Positions 55,292-64,000 of a stretch of 64,000 nucleotides of DNA are shown piece by piece. This DNA is from an uncultured bacterium (lineage in GTDB: Bacteria > CSSED10-310 > CAZUFC01). A model generated the notes under the pieces. It was not told where the DNA came from, made no database searches, and was given only the letters and a program-made list of their open reading frames with translations. A program made the translations under genes and the position numbers. The stretch lies in contig CAZUFC010000002.1 of the NCBI GenBank assembly GCA_964619725.1, forward strand, positions 85,773 to 149,772, read 5' to 3'. Position 1 is the stretch's first letter; each line of letters starts with the position of its first letter.

Positions 55292-55336
55292 CCTTGTAAA
55301 ATCGGATTAATCCCTAATTAACCGGGAGGAAACAAA

Positions 55337-56521
55337 ATGGGACGAATGATATTAATTGTTGTGATGGGCTTATTCACTATCTCCAGCGGCGTTCGCTGGC
55401 ATATTCAGACGCGATTGAACGATTCGTTGCAGGGCAATGTGTCGCTATTCGAAGAGATGCAGGCGAGGAACATCGCCAACAGCGGTGCGGAGTGGGCAAT
55501 AACGAATCTACGTGACGACGTGGACTGGCGGACCGGCGCCCAGGGTAAAAGCATGGGCGGAGGAACGTTTGACGTAACGGTGGTTGAAACTCAGATGGAC
55601 CTTTTTCGGGGAATTCACGAGGTTGTGGTCACGTCAACGGGTTATTTCGGAGCCGCCAGTTACACGAGCGAGGTAACGTTAAGGCGAACGCCCTATTCTT
55701 ATTACGCGTATTTTACGGATGATGAGCCGGAGATTTATTTCATCACGGGAGATCAACTTTTCGGCCCGGTGCATACGAATGATGCTTTTCACGTCAGCGG
55801 CAGCCCTCAATTTTTCGGTTCAGTGACGAGTTGCCATCAGTTAATCGGAAATGGATCGCCTATTTTCCATTCCAGCGCTGATTTTCTGCATCCGGAAGTG
55901 GAGTTGCCTTTGAATGTTCAGAATCTGGTCGACATGGCTCAGAATGGAGGAATCATTTTAAACAGCAACGTCTGGTTGCGGTTCAACGCTGACGGGACGG
56001 TGAGCGGCGCATTGGACCCCGGGGGACCCTGGCTGACCCGGAGTCTCTCTTCGTTCAACGGCGTCATCGGGACGACGAAAAATGCAATTGTGTGGGGCGT
56101 AGTCAACGGACAGGCGACCGTCGGGGCGCGCAAGAGCATCTATATTGCAGACGACATCACATACGCTTCTGACCCGCGCACGAACCCCGACTCGGACGAT
56201 TTCCTGGGTCTCGTAGCCAAAGACAACATTATCGTCGCTGAAACGGCCGCCAATGCCAATGACTGCGTTATTCACGCCACTCTGCTTGCCCTGCAGGGTT
56301 CGTTCACGGTCCAGAATTTCGACGATCCGCCGGCCAGAGGAACCTTAACTGTTCTCGGGGGCATCGTTCAGAACACCAGAGGTCCGGTGGGGACATTTTC
56401 CGGTTCTCAGATAGTCAGCGGCTATACGAAATTCTACGTTTATGACGACCGGCTCGTTCATATCAGTCCGCCGTATTATCCCATGGCATCACAGTTCAGC
56501 GTCGCCGCCTGGAAAGATTGA
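55337..56521 (+). CDS. PilX/PilC-type minor-pilin-like protein (DUF4900-like C-terminal beta domain)
   Basis: N-terminal hydrophobic helix, QARNIANSGAEWA (PilX-N-like), GPVHTND, GTLTVLGGIVQ, GYTKFYVYDDRL...PPYYP; GGGAGG RBS. Confidence 0.68.
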   Translation: MGRMILIVVMGLFTISSGVRWHIQTRLNDSLQGNVSLFEEMQARNIANSGAEWAITNLRDDVDWRTGAQGKSMGGGTFDVTVVETQMDLFRGIHEVVVTSTGYFGAASYTSEVTLRRTPYSYYAYFTDDEPEIYFITGDQLFGPVHTNDAFHVSGSPQFFGSVTSCHQLIGNGSPIFHSSADFLHPEVELPLNVQNLVDMAQNGGIILNSNVWLRFNADGTVSGALDPGGPWLTRSLSSFNGVIGTTKNAIVWGVVNGQATVGARKSIYIADDITYASDPRTNPDSDDFLGLVAKDNIIVAETAANANDCVIHATLLALQGSFTVQNFDDPPARGTLTVLGGIVQNTRGPVGTFSGSQIVSGYTKFYVYDDRLVHISPPYYPMASQFSVAAWKD

Positions 56522-56602
56522 TCATGAACGGAACACGGCGATTATGAAGCATCCGTTTTTGCAACCGTCAAGAATTTCTAAATAAAAGAGGAGGGAATTC
56601 AA

Positions 56603-57088
56603 TTGAATACTTTTCAGACATTTTTAGCGCTCGGCAGCATAATTATTCTGTCGATCTATGTGCTGCACACGAATGAATTTATAGTGGAAGCCAATCAGAG
56701 TATGGTCGAAACGACGGCCATGGTGCCCGCTGTCGGCGTCGCTCAGGCCATGCTTGAGGAAATCAAATCCAAGGCGTTTGATGAAAAAATTTACAACGGG
56801 CCTGCAGACAATCCCAGCGATTTGACCTCGAATCCTTATCTGGGGCCGGATGCGGGCGAATCTGTGGGAAATTACGATGATATAGACGATTATGACGGCT
56901 ATAATCAGAATATGACTCTCAATGGATTGAACTTCAATGTTCAGGTATCGGTCGGGTACGTCAACAAAAATGATCTCGATCATTTCACCGGCAGTCAGCC
57001 TTTTTTCCTGAAACGAACCGTGGTTCAAGTCGATAACGCTTACCTGTCCTCCCCTGTCACGATGCATTACATCTTCACTTATCATTGA
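56603..57088 (+). CDS. PilV/pseudopilin-like protein
   Basis: TTG start with GAGGAGG RBS, N-terminal hydrophobic helix, AQAMLEEIKSKAFDE, YDDIDDYDGY, VQVSVGYV. Confidence 0.62.
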   Translation: MNTFQTFLALGSIIILSIYVLHTNEFIVEANQSMVETTAMVPAVGVAQAMLEEIKSKAFDEKIYNGPADNPSDLTSNPYLGPDAGESVGNYDDIDDYDGYNQNMTLNGLNFNVQVSVGYVNKNDLDHFTGSQPFFLKRTVVQVDNAYLSSPVTMHYIFTYH

Positions 57089-57102
57089 AAGGAGAACTGA
57101 TT

Positions 57103-57693
57103 ATGTCCAGTTTAATGCTCGATTATATCGCCAGCGCCATTGTCGCCGGCCTGGTTATCCTTTCCATATTCGCGGTTCAAGGAAGTTTGCTGGGTTTTCA
57201 GAGAGAAAATAATCTGTCATTGACCATGAACGACGTTTCAGCAGAATTTTTTCGCTTGCTTCAGGAAGATATGAGGGCTATCGGACTTAATCGCCAGGCG
57301 CAAGGCTCTCCGCTTGTCACAATCAACAGCGATGAAATTGAATTCTGGGCCGACCCGGAAGACGACGGTAATGAACAGCGAATAAGATACAGACTCGGCG
57401 GCACCGTTTCAGCCTCCAATACGAATAATCCCTCAGACCGAATTCTATACCGCTCCGTCAACGGCGATGCCGAAGGCGGCGCATCCCTCGGCGTCACTGA
57501 CTTCCAGTTGACTTATTACGATGAATCCGGTCAACAGACTGCAACTATCGCCGATGTGGCTATGATAGAGGTCCAAATGAGCGTCGGGACCACTGTCGAT
57601 CTCACTACAAAATTGAGCGCCCAGCAACAGTTCAATGAAATGACCTGGAGGACCGCCGTAGCTCCGAAAAACCTTAATCTTCCGCCGCTGTAA
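57103..57693 (+). CDS. PilW/pseudopilin-like protein
   Basis: ATG 57103 with AAGGAG RBS, hydrophobic N-helix, LLQEDMRAIG, IRYRL, LYRSVNG, FQLTYYD, C-terminal PKNL. Confidence 0.65.
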   Translation: MSSLMLDYIASAIVAGLVILSIFAVQGSLLGFQRENNLSLTMNDVSAEFFRLLQEDMRAIGLNRQAQGSPLVTINSDEIEFWADPEDDGNEQRIRYRLGGTVSASNTNNPSDRILYRSVNGDAEGGASLGVTDFQLTYYDESGQQTATIADVAMIEVQMSVGTTVDLTTKLSAQQQFNEMTWRTAVAPKNLNLPPL

Positions 57694-57811
57694 ATAATCC
57701 CTCTCCATCAGGCCTGAAACCGGTTACCCAGCAGTTCCGCGCAACATTACTTTCCTGAAGTAAACAACGCTTCCCGGCGACTGACGGCAGCTAAAAAAAT
57801 CAGCCTGCGCA

Positions 57812-59386
57812 TCAATCGTCGTACCAGCCGGGTTTCCATAAACGACTTACGGCCGCAAATCCTTCAAATTTCTTACCGGAAAAAACGGCCAGTAACATAT
57901 CCCTGATCAAGACCCTGGCTATGGAAAACAGGAACCACCAATGAAGCTTCCTCCTGATGGAATAAGGCGACATGAGTCCTTTCAAATACCGAAAAGGCTG
58001 CCGGCGGACGAAATCCTTGTATAATGCCTGCGTCCCCTCAGATATTTCGCTCCTTGATAAATGCTCCGAACTCATGATGGGAAAAAACATGTCGTACTTG
58101 GAGAAGTCTTCCTCCTCGATCCAGTCGTTTTCCCGGGCCTGTTCCCATAATTTTGTTCCCGGATAAGGCATAAGCGGATGAAAAGCGGCAAAATCCAGAG
58201 CGCAATCGCGACTGTACCGGCCCAATTGTTTTAAAGTTTCCCTGCTTTCCGATCTAATTCCAGTCAGAAAAGTAGCCTGCCGGAACACTTCAGGATATTT
58301 TTTCTTTAAAAGACGTGAGACGCGATAAAGCGATCCTGCTTCACCGGAATCTTTTCCCACGGCTTCCAATTCAGGATTAACCGGCCGCTCGCCGCCGACA
58401 AGAATATGGCGAAGCCCCGCCCGGACCATTTTTTCAAGTATGCCCAGTTTTTCCTGTTCGAGCATGAGGTCGGCGCGAACGAAAGCCCACCATCCCAGTT
58501 TGTAATTCTTTTTGATTATCCTCCCGCACAGTTCGTCGAGCCATGCGTTGTCCGCGTTCCAGGTTCCATCCACCCAGAACAGATATCGAATGTCATAATG
58601 CTCATACAGCAGGTCTATTTCAGCCATAGTCCTTTCAGGCGATTTCAACCGGTGACGTGGGGATACGACAATATGTCCATCCTGTTCAAAATGTTCATTC
58701 TCCATGGCATGCCAGGAACAGAAATCGCACTGGTATGGACAACCTCTCCCGCCCTGAATCGTAATGGCCCTCGGCCAGAGTATTCCGAAAGGAGAATATC
58801 GTTCAACCGGCATCAAATCGTAGGCGGGTATCGGCAGATCGTCCAGGTTGTGAATCAAAGGTCGAACCGGCGTTGATTTTATCGAACCCTCCTGCCGGAA
58901 AGAGAGCGACTTTACATTATTCAGATCACTGCCGTCCCTCAACGCTTCAATCAACTCCGCCAGGGTCTCCTCGCCTTCGTACCGCACTATGAAATCTATC
59001 TGCGGATAGTTCTTAAGAGAATATTCCGGCAGATGAGAATGAAAATGAGCCCCGGCTACAGTTACAGCATCAGGAAAAAGTTCTTTCGCCAGCTTTAATG
59101 CCCGGACGCCTTCATGCATATAAATTATTTGATCGCCTACTCCCACAACGTCAGGTTTCTCTTCAGCCAGCCGCTGTTTAAGACTTTTCCAGCCGATCTT
59201 CAAGGGTAATGCATCGATCACTTTTACTTCCACACCCTGACAGCGCTCAAGCAAATAAGCCCCCAGGCACGGAAAGGACAACGGCAGCAGAAAATTGTCC
59301 GATTCGTTTACTATCGGCCATAAGTGACAGGGAGGCCGAACGAATAATACCTTGATGTTTTCCTTACCGAATAAACGAGTTCGCAT
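57812..59386 (-). CDS. B12-binding-domain radical SAM protein
   Basis: VLFVRPP, PDVVGV, YEGEETL, LDDLPIPAYDL, GRGCPYQCDFC, PYPGT. Start moved to ATG 59386 (GGGAG RBS). Confidence 0.9.
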   Translation of the reverse strand: MRTRLFGKENIKVLFVRPPCHLWPIVNESDNFLLPLSFPCLGAYLLERCQGVEVKVIDALPLKIGWKSLKQRLAEEKPDVVGVGDQIIYMHEGVRALKLAKELFPDAVTVAGAHFHSHLPEYSLKNYPQIDFIVRYEGEETLAELIEALRDGSDLNNVKSLSFRQEGSIKSTPVRPLIHNLDDLPIPAYDLMPVERYSPFGILWPRAITIQGGRGCPYQCDFCSWHAMENEHFEQDGHIVVSPRHRLKSPERTMAEIDLLYEHYDIRYLFWVDGTWNADNAWLDELCGRIIKKNYKLGWWAFVRADLMLEQEKLGILEKMVRAGLRHILVGGERPVNPELEAVGKDSGEAGSLYRVSRLLKKKYPEVFRQATFLTGIRSESRETLKQLGRYSRDCALDFAAFHPLMPYPGTKLWEQARENDWIEEEDFSKYDMFFPIMSSEHLSRSEISEGTQALYKDFVRRQPFRYLKGLMSPYSIRRKLHWWFLFSIARVLIRDMLLAVFSGKKFEGFAAVSRLWKPGWYDD

Positions 59387-59661
59387 CGCATCTCCCATGA
59401 AAAGATTTTGCGCTCCTGTCGTAAAAATAAAATTAGTTGAGCATATAGTCAAGAGCCTGTCCATAACCGGCGAATTTTTCTTTATCCAGCGTGATCCTAC
59501 CGATTTGCTTTTCAAGTTATAAGCAGCAATAAGCCTCCTCCTGAAAATGACGAAGCCTGTTCATGAGGTTAGAGAAAAATCATCGGAATACCCACCTGTC
59601 GCTGAAATGAAGCGGACGAAGGAAATCGCTTACGATAATGCGCACGAGCACGAATTGCCGG

Positions 59662-59722
59662 CCATAACAAACGGATGCACCGAACGCTCGAAGACTAGCG
59701 CCGGTGATCCGTAACGATATAG
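59662..59722 (+). mobile_element. Solitary degenerate integron attC site
   Basis: R'' CCATAAC; L'' ACGGATGCACCG pairs with L' CGGTGATCCGT leaving one unpaired G; central CGCT/AGCG stem; R' GATATAG (GTT mutated to GAT); 61 bp. Confidence 0.7.
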
Positions 59723-59851
59723 CGCTTTCAGACTTTCGCTCCCATCGCCGATTGCCGATCCTGTTTGCAGGCGCTATAATGCTTTTGTTTATGACTCTTT
59801 TGGAGTCCCGATTCTATTTTTATCACGTTTGCTTTTTCAGGAGCGTCAGCT

Positions 59852-62800
59852 ATGAAAGTTTTTTCTGTTATCGGGTTAATTGTTGCGTTTGTTTTTTTGC
59901 TGCCCCGTTTTTCTGTTTGCCGGGGTATGCCGCTTTCGGAAAAGGTTATTTCTGAGATTAAAGGTCTTTCCGATGAACGGGCGGCGGAGCTGTTATATGT
60001 GCCTGAGTGGGCGCGTCATGAGACTATGCAAAGCCGGACAATGCCGGTTACGGAGAGGAGCAGCGTTTTTTTGCTGGTGGATTTTGACGATAATGAGCAT
60101 GATCCCTTGCATGACTGGGGCAGTTATGATGAGATGATTTTCAGCGAGGATACTTTTCCTACGGGATCAATGAAAGACTATTATGATGAAATTTCCTACG
60201 AACAGTTTACATTGAGCGGGGAGATAGCGCCTGAATGGTTTCGGGTGCCTCAGACTTATGCTTATTATGTCGACGGGCAGAGGGGATTCGGTTCCTATCC
60301 CCGGAACGCGCAGAAGATGGTGGAGGATGCGATTGCAGCGGCTGATCCTTCGGTTGATTTTTCCGAATACGACTGCGATTCTGACGGTTATGTTGATGCT
60401 TTATTTGTCGTGCATGCCGGTCCGGGATACGAAGAGACCGGCAATCAGAACATGATACATTCTCATATGTCGTCGTTGCGCTGGTCGCCCAACGGAGCGT
60501 ATGAAACGGACGACGGCGTATCTGTCGATCTTTATTCCGTTGAACCGGAGGAGCATGCCGGCGGCGATATTATTTCCATCGGGGTTTTTTGTCATGAGTT
60601 TGGACATGTGCTTGGCCTGCCGGATTTTTATGATTATGGTTACGATTCTGAAGGCGTCGGAAACTGGGCGCTGATGGCCGGCGGCTCCTGGGGCGGCGAC
60701 GGCTATTCTCCGGAAAAACCGGTCCACATGACGGCATACGGCAAGTATGAGCTGGGATGGCTCGATCCTGTAGTATTATCGCAGGACGCAAGCGGAGTGG
60801 AGATACATCAGGTTGAAACCTCTCCTGCAGCATATCGCATCAATATCCATCGTCCTAAAGAATATTTTTTGATAGAAAACAGACAAAAGACCGGATTCGA
60901 TGAAAATCTTTACTCCGGCGGTCTCCTTATTTACCATGTGGACAAGAATATGCCGAATAATGATACTCAATGCTGCGGATCATGCCCTGAACATTATCTG
61001 CTGGCGGTGGAACAGGCCGACGGCGAATGCGATATGGAATACGATCATAACCGGGGCGACGGCGGCGATCCGTTTCCCGGAAATTCGAACAACCGTCTTT
61101 TCGATACGGCGTCAAATCCCAATTCCCGGGACTACGCCGGCATACCCACCTGGTTGACTCTGTTTGATATCTCCGATTCTGGTGAAATAATGCAGTTTGA
61201 CGTCTCGTTTCAAACGACGGGAGCTTTCCTGGTTTATGAAGGCGCCGGCGTGGACGATTCTGACGGCGGAGACGGCGATGGCCGCGCGGATGCAGGCGAA
61301 ACCGTTGAATTGTCCGTAATTTTGAAAAATTACGGATTGACTGTAGAGAATGTCTGCGGCCAACTTACCACTTCAGACCCTGCAGCCGAAGTGAACGACG
61401 GCCTGGGCGAATTCGGGGATTTCGGCGAACAGGCTTCCGGGGATAATTCCGATGATCCTTTTTCGGTAACGATTTCCAGTGAGGCGACTTACGGACAGAA
61501 GATAAATTTCATTCTGGAACTGACGGGTTCAGGGGGATACGAACGAACCGTCGATTTTGATCTCATCGTCATGCCTTTACCCATCGATACAGCGGCGGGA
61601 TGGATGACCGCCAATGCCCCCATAGCCAGTTGCGGCGCTTTGGGGGACGTTGACGGAGACGGCCTGGAAGACCTGGCAATGGGACTCATTATGGGGCAGA
61701 ACCAGGTTTATCTGAACCAGGGCGGAGAACTGTCGGAAACGGCTGATTGGTCAACTGAAGACGGCGCAGGCGATTATCCCATTCGCGCCGGTTTCGCTGA
61801 TCTTGAGGATGACGGATATCCCGAGCTGTTTTTCGCCAATATACTGGCCAACATAGATACCTTCGACATATTGCCTTCCGTCAGCGCATATTATGACAAT
61901 CCCGACGGTACGCTTTCAACGACGGCATCCTGGCAGTCGCCGCTTATGCCGGCAACCGGACTAGGACTGTCGGATGTGGACGGCGACGGCGATATTGACG
62001 TGACGTTCGGCTGTTACGGCGTTCCTTCAGTAATGTATGAAAACGCAGGAGGAAATCTGTCGGCGGAACCTGCCTGGACTTCTTCATTTACCTCGCTGGT
62101 TCAGAATATCGTCATGGCGGACCTGGGCGGCGACGGCTTTCCGGATATGATTACCGTGGGAGCGGAAGAACCGGTTTACGTGTATGAAAACAGGGACGGA
62201 ACGCTTCCGGAATCGCCCACCTGGTTTTCCACAGTGGAATTCTACGCCTTTGCCGTCGCTGCGGGCGATTACGATGCCGATGGAGACCCTGATGTGGCGG
62301 TCGGAACCTTCGAAGGACAGAACCACCTGCTTGAAAACATTGACGGCGTATTAACCGAAACGCCGGTATGGAGCAGCGAAGACGCGGTGTCGACTTTTTC
62401 GCTGAAATGGTCGGACGTTGACCTGGACGGTTATCCGGAGCTGATCTCGGGTAATATGAATATAAGAAATATGATGCCGGAGGGGGCACACAACGGCATT
62501 TATTACAATGAATCAGGCTCCCTGACGACCTACAGGGCCTGGGAATCGGAAGAATCGGTAATCAGCGCAGACGCTTTGGCCGGCGATCTCGAACTGGACG
62601 GAGACCCTGACCTGATCAGCATCGATGCCATGGCGCCTTCAAAAGCATACGCCAACAGACAGAATGACTTCGCTGTCACGCCGACTCCCACTCCCGCCTG
62701 TCCCGAAACAGGCGTTTACCTCAATATGCCCGGTCATTACTTTGCTCCCAATGATCCGTGCTCTCTCGAAGCGAAACTCTGCAACGGAGAACTGAAAAAC

Positions 62801-63067
62801 GACGTCGTCTGTTTCATACTGCTCGACATCTTCGGAGAATACTGGTGTGCGCCTTCCTGGATCAACATCAACGAAGGGATCGATGCCTACTGGTTTGGAT
62901 CACTGCCGCAGGGACCTTATACCTTCATGGTCATAGAACCCTTCCAATGGCCTGATATCCCGGATGCCTTGGACGGTCTCTGCTTCCGGGGCGCCATGCT
63001 GAACGAAAACTATACGGACATCATGGGCAGAATGGACAACTGGGAATTCGGCTTCGGGCCGGAGTAG
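59852..63067 (+). CDS. Secreted M6-family (immune inhibitor A-like) metalloprotease with FG-GAP/VCBS repeats and an unassigned C-terminal domain
   Basis: Signal peptide, LLVDF, CHEFGHVLGLPDFYD, WALMAGGSW, EYFLIENRQ; seven DxDxDGxxD/E repeats; TPTPTP linker before the last 122 aa. Confidence 0.9.
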   Translation: MKVFSVIGLIVAFVFLLPRFSVCRGMPLSEKVISEIKGLSDERAAELLYVPEWARHETMQSRTMPVTERSSVFLLVDFDDNEHDPLHDWGSYDEMIFSEDTFPTGSMKDYYDEISYEQFTLSGEIAPEWFRVPQTYAYYVDGQRGFGSYPRNAQKMVEDAIAAADPSVDFSEYDCDSDGYVDALFVVHAGPGYEETGNQNMIHSHMSSLRWSPNGAYETDDGVSVDLYSVEPEEHAGGDIISIGVFCHEFGHVLGLPDFYDYGYDSEGVGNWALMAGGSWGGDGYSPEKPVHMTAYGKYELGWLDPVVLSQDASGVEIHQVETSPAAYRINIHRPKEYFLIENRQKTGFDENLYSGGLLIYHVDKNMPNNDTQCCGSCPEHYLLAVEQADGECDMEYDHNRGDGGDPFPGNSNNRLFDTASNPNSRDYAGIPTWLTLFDISDSGEIMQFDVSFQTTGAFLVYEGAGVDDSDGGDGDGRADAGETVELSVILKNYGLTVENVCGQLTTSDPAAEVNDGLGEFGDFGEQASGDNSDDPFSVTISSEATYGQKINFILELTGSGGYERTVDFDLIVMPLPIDTAAGWMTANAPIASCGALGDVDGDGLEDLAMGLIMGQNQVYLNQGGELSETADWSTEDGAGDYPIRAGFADLEDDGYPELFFANILANIDTFDILPSVSAYYDNPDGTLSTTASWQSPLMPATGLGLSDVDGDGDIDVTFGCYGVPSVMYENAGGNLSAEPAWTSSFTSLVQNIVMADLGGDGFPDMITVGAEEPVYVYENRDGTLPESPTWFSTVEFYAFAVAAGDYDADGDPDVAVGTFEGQNHLLENIDGVLTETPVWSSEDAVSTFSLKWSDVDLDGYPELISGNMNIRNMMPEGAHNGIYYNESGSLTTYRAWESEESVISADALAGDLELDGDPDLISIDAMAPSKAYANRQNDFAVTPTPTPACPETGVYLNMPGHYFAPNDPCSLEAKLCNGELKNDVVCFILLDIFGEYWCAPSWININEGIDAYWFGSLPQGPYTFMVIEPFQWPDIPDALDGLCFRGAMLNENYTDIMGRMDNWEFGFGPE

Positions 63068-63181
63068 TCCGCAGAGGGGGCAGAACCCTTACTAAACAAA
63101 AGATGTTTGCTGACAAGACGGGAATGAGCGCGCCGTTCATCTCCCCTCCAGCCCCGGACAAAAAAAGTATCGATGATGACT

Positions 63182-63204
63182 GGGAACGCAGGCTTCCAGC
63201 CTGC
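63182..63204. repeat. REP-like short palindrome
   Basis: GGGAAC-GCAGGCT-TCC-AGCCTGC hairpin about 120 bp downstream of the protease stop. Confidence 0.5.
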
Positions 63205-63560
63205 CTGCGCATCGAAAACCGTCAAGAAACCAAAAACTGAATTTCTAGGCCTGAACTCTAAATCGACCCAAATACATGACTTGAGAACTCCCGGCACGGA
63301 CATCCTGACATATTGAATTACGGGCATTGATCAAAAATAAGTCCTTTGAGGTTGAAATTCTTCCGAATTCCGGCGCTGATCAGATATCCGAGATTACAAT
63401 TTTCGCAGCCTGGAATAATCAGAAGCTTTGAAAATATGATCAGGACAACACATAGCTCCTCGTGATTATTTTGTTCGACCCTGATACAGATACCGACCCC
63501 GACCCCGAAACAAACGGCCCTCGAAAAAAAACAGGGGATTTCAATCATTCAAGCGTTTTA

Positions 63561-63683
63561 TGAAAAGTGTAACCCCCGGTTGATCAGTCCCCGATTGCGA
63601 TTTCGATACAAACCCCCGGTTACCGAAATAAACTGTTAAACATTTTGAAAGAAGTGTAATCCTGGTTTGATCAGTCTCCGATT
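63561..63683 (+). repeat. Dispersed degenerate repeat, copy 2, with a partial tandem copy
   Basis: 63593-63679 resembles 55024-55109. AAGTGTAA..CC.G.TTGATCAGTC.CCGATT occurs at ~63565 and ~63652. Confidence 0.7.
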
Positions 63684-63696
63684 TTCGTTATACATT

Positions 63697-63999
63697 TCAC
63701 AATTTGTTATCAGTCAATGTCAGGAGCTGCGGATTTTCTTTTTTTAAAGCACAAATCAGGCCGATCAATCCCTGCGAAACGGCCTCAGAGTTAGTCGGAA
63801 ACGTCTCGTCATCCGGCATCCCGCATTCGCCTTTTAGCTGAATTAACTGAAAATGAGGCTTGACAAGAGCTTCCGGTTGGAATAAGTAATAATCGTCACG
63901 ACAAATAAATTTTTTTTCTTTTTCATCGGCTTGGAGTGAGGAGATATTAACCCGAAAACCAAGCGAATACCCTTGCAAAATTAATCTAACTTTTTGAAA
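63697..63999 (-). CDS. Possible C-terminal part of a hypothetical protein entering from the right edge
   Basis: The frame of the 63697..63978 ORF stays open to the window end (FQKVRLILQGYS...); no motif recognised. Confidence 0.4.
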   Translation of the reverse strand, partial: FQKVRLILQGYSLGFRVNISSLQADEKEKKFICRDDYYLFQPEALVKPHFQLIQLKGECGMPDDETFPTNSEAVSQGLIGLICALKKENPQLLTLTDNKL

Positions 64000-64000
64000 T

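Noticed and set aside
63090-63140. Possible second attC after the protease
   Set aside because: No convincing L-box pairing or GTT R' box.

Overview
Bacterial chromosomal window, probably from a diderm lineage (weak, recall-based resemblance to uncultured candidate-division genomes rich in Pro/Thr-linker secreted proteins). The left 30 kb is a mostly minus-strand housekeeping backbone: ihfB, CpoB-like, TsaP-like LysM, dprA, topA, xerC, hslU, FN3 lipoprotein, dapA, dapB, transaldolase, FmdB-like and a B12 radical SAM gene. Envelope modules interrupt it: a GT-C/GT2/GT-C trio, a degenerate ECF sigma/double-ZAS anti-sigma/ATP-grasp unit, and an MMPL-GT2-MMPL-(O-antigen-ligase+TPR) operon. A SpoIVB-peptidase/beta-propeller pair and two decayed gene remnants follow. 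Next is a 19.2-kb gene for a 6388-aa surface protein: nine alternating A/B 8-bladed propeller modules, two ~895-aa CARDB-led modules, Pro/Thr linkers and an IPTL-CTERM-like anchor. The right end holds a sigma-54-driven triplet of pilin-like genes lacking class III leaders, a second B12 radical SAM gene, a solitary degenerate integron attC and an M6 metalloprotease with an unassigned C-terminal domain. Most notable: HslU with no adjacent hslV and with its HslV-activating tail replaced by a KRKPGF motif; the giant propeller-array protein; the complete sigma-54/IHF/UAS pilin-like cassette. No rRNA, tRNA or CRISPR array was seen. All calls come from reading motifs by eye; no searches were run.
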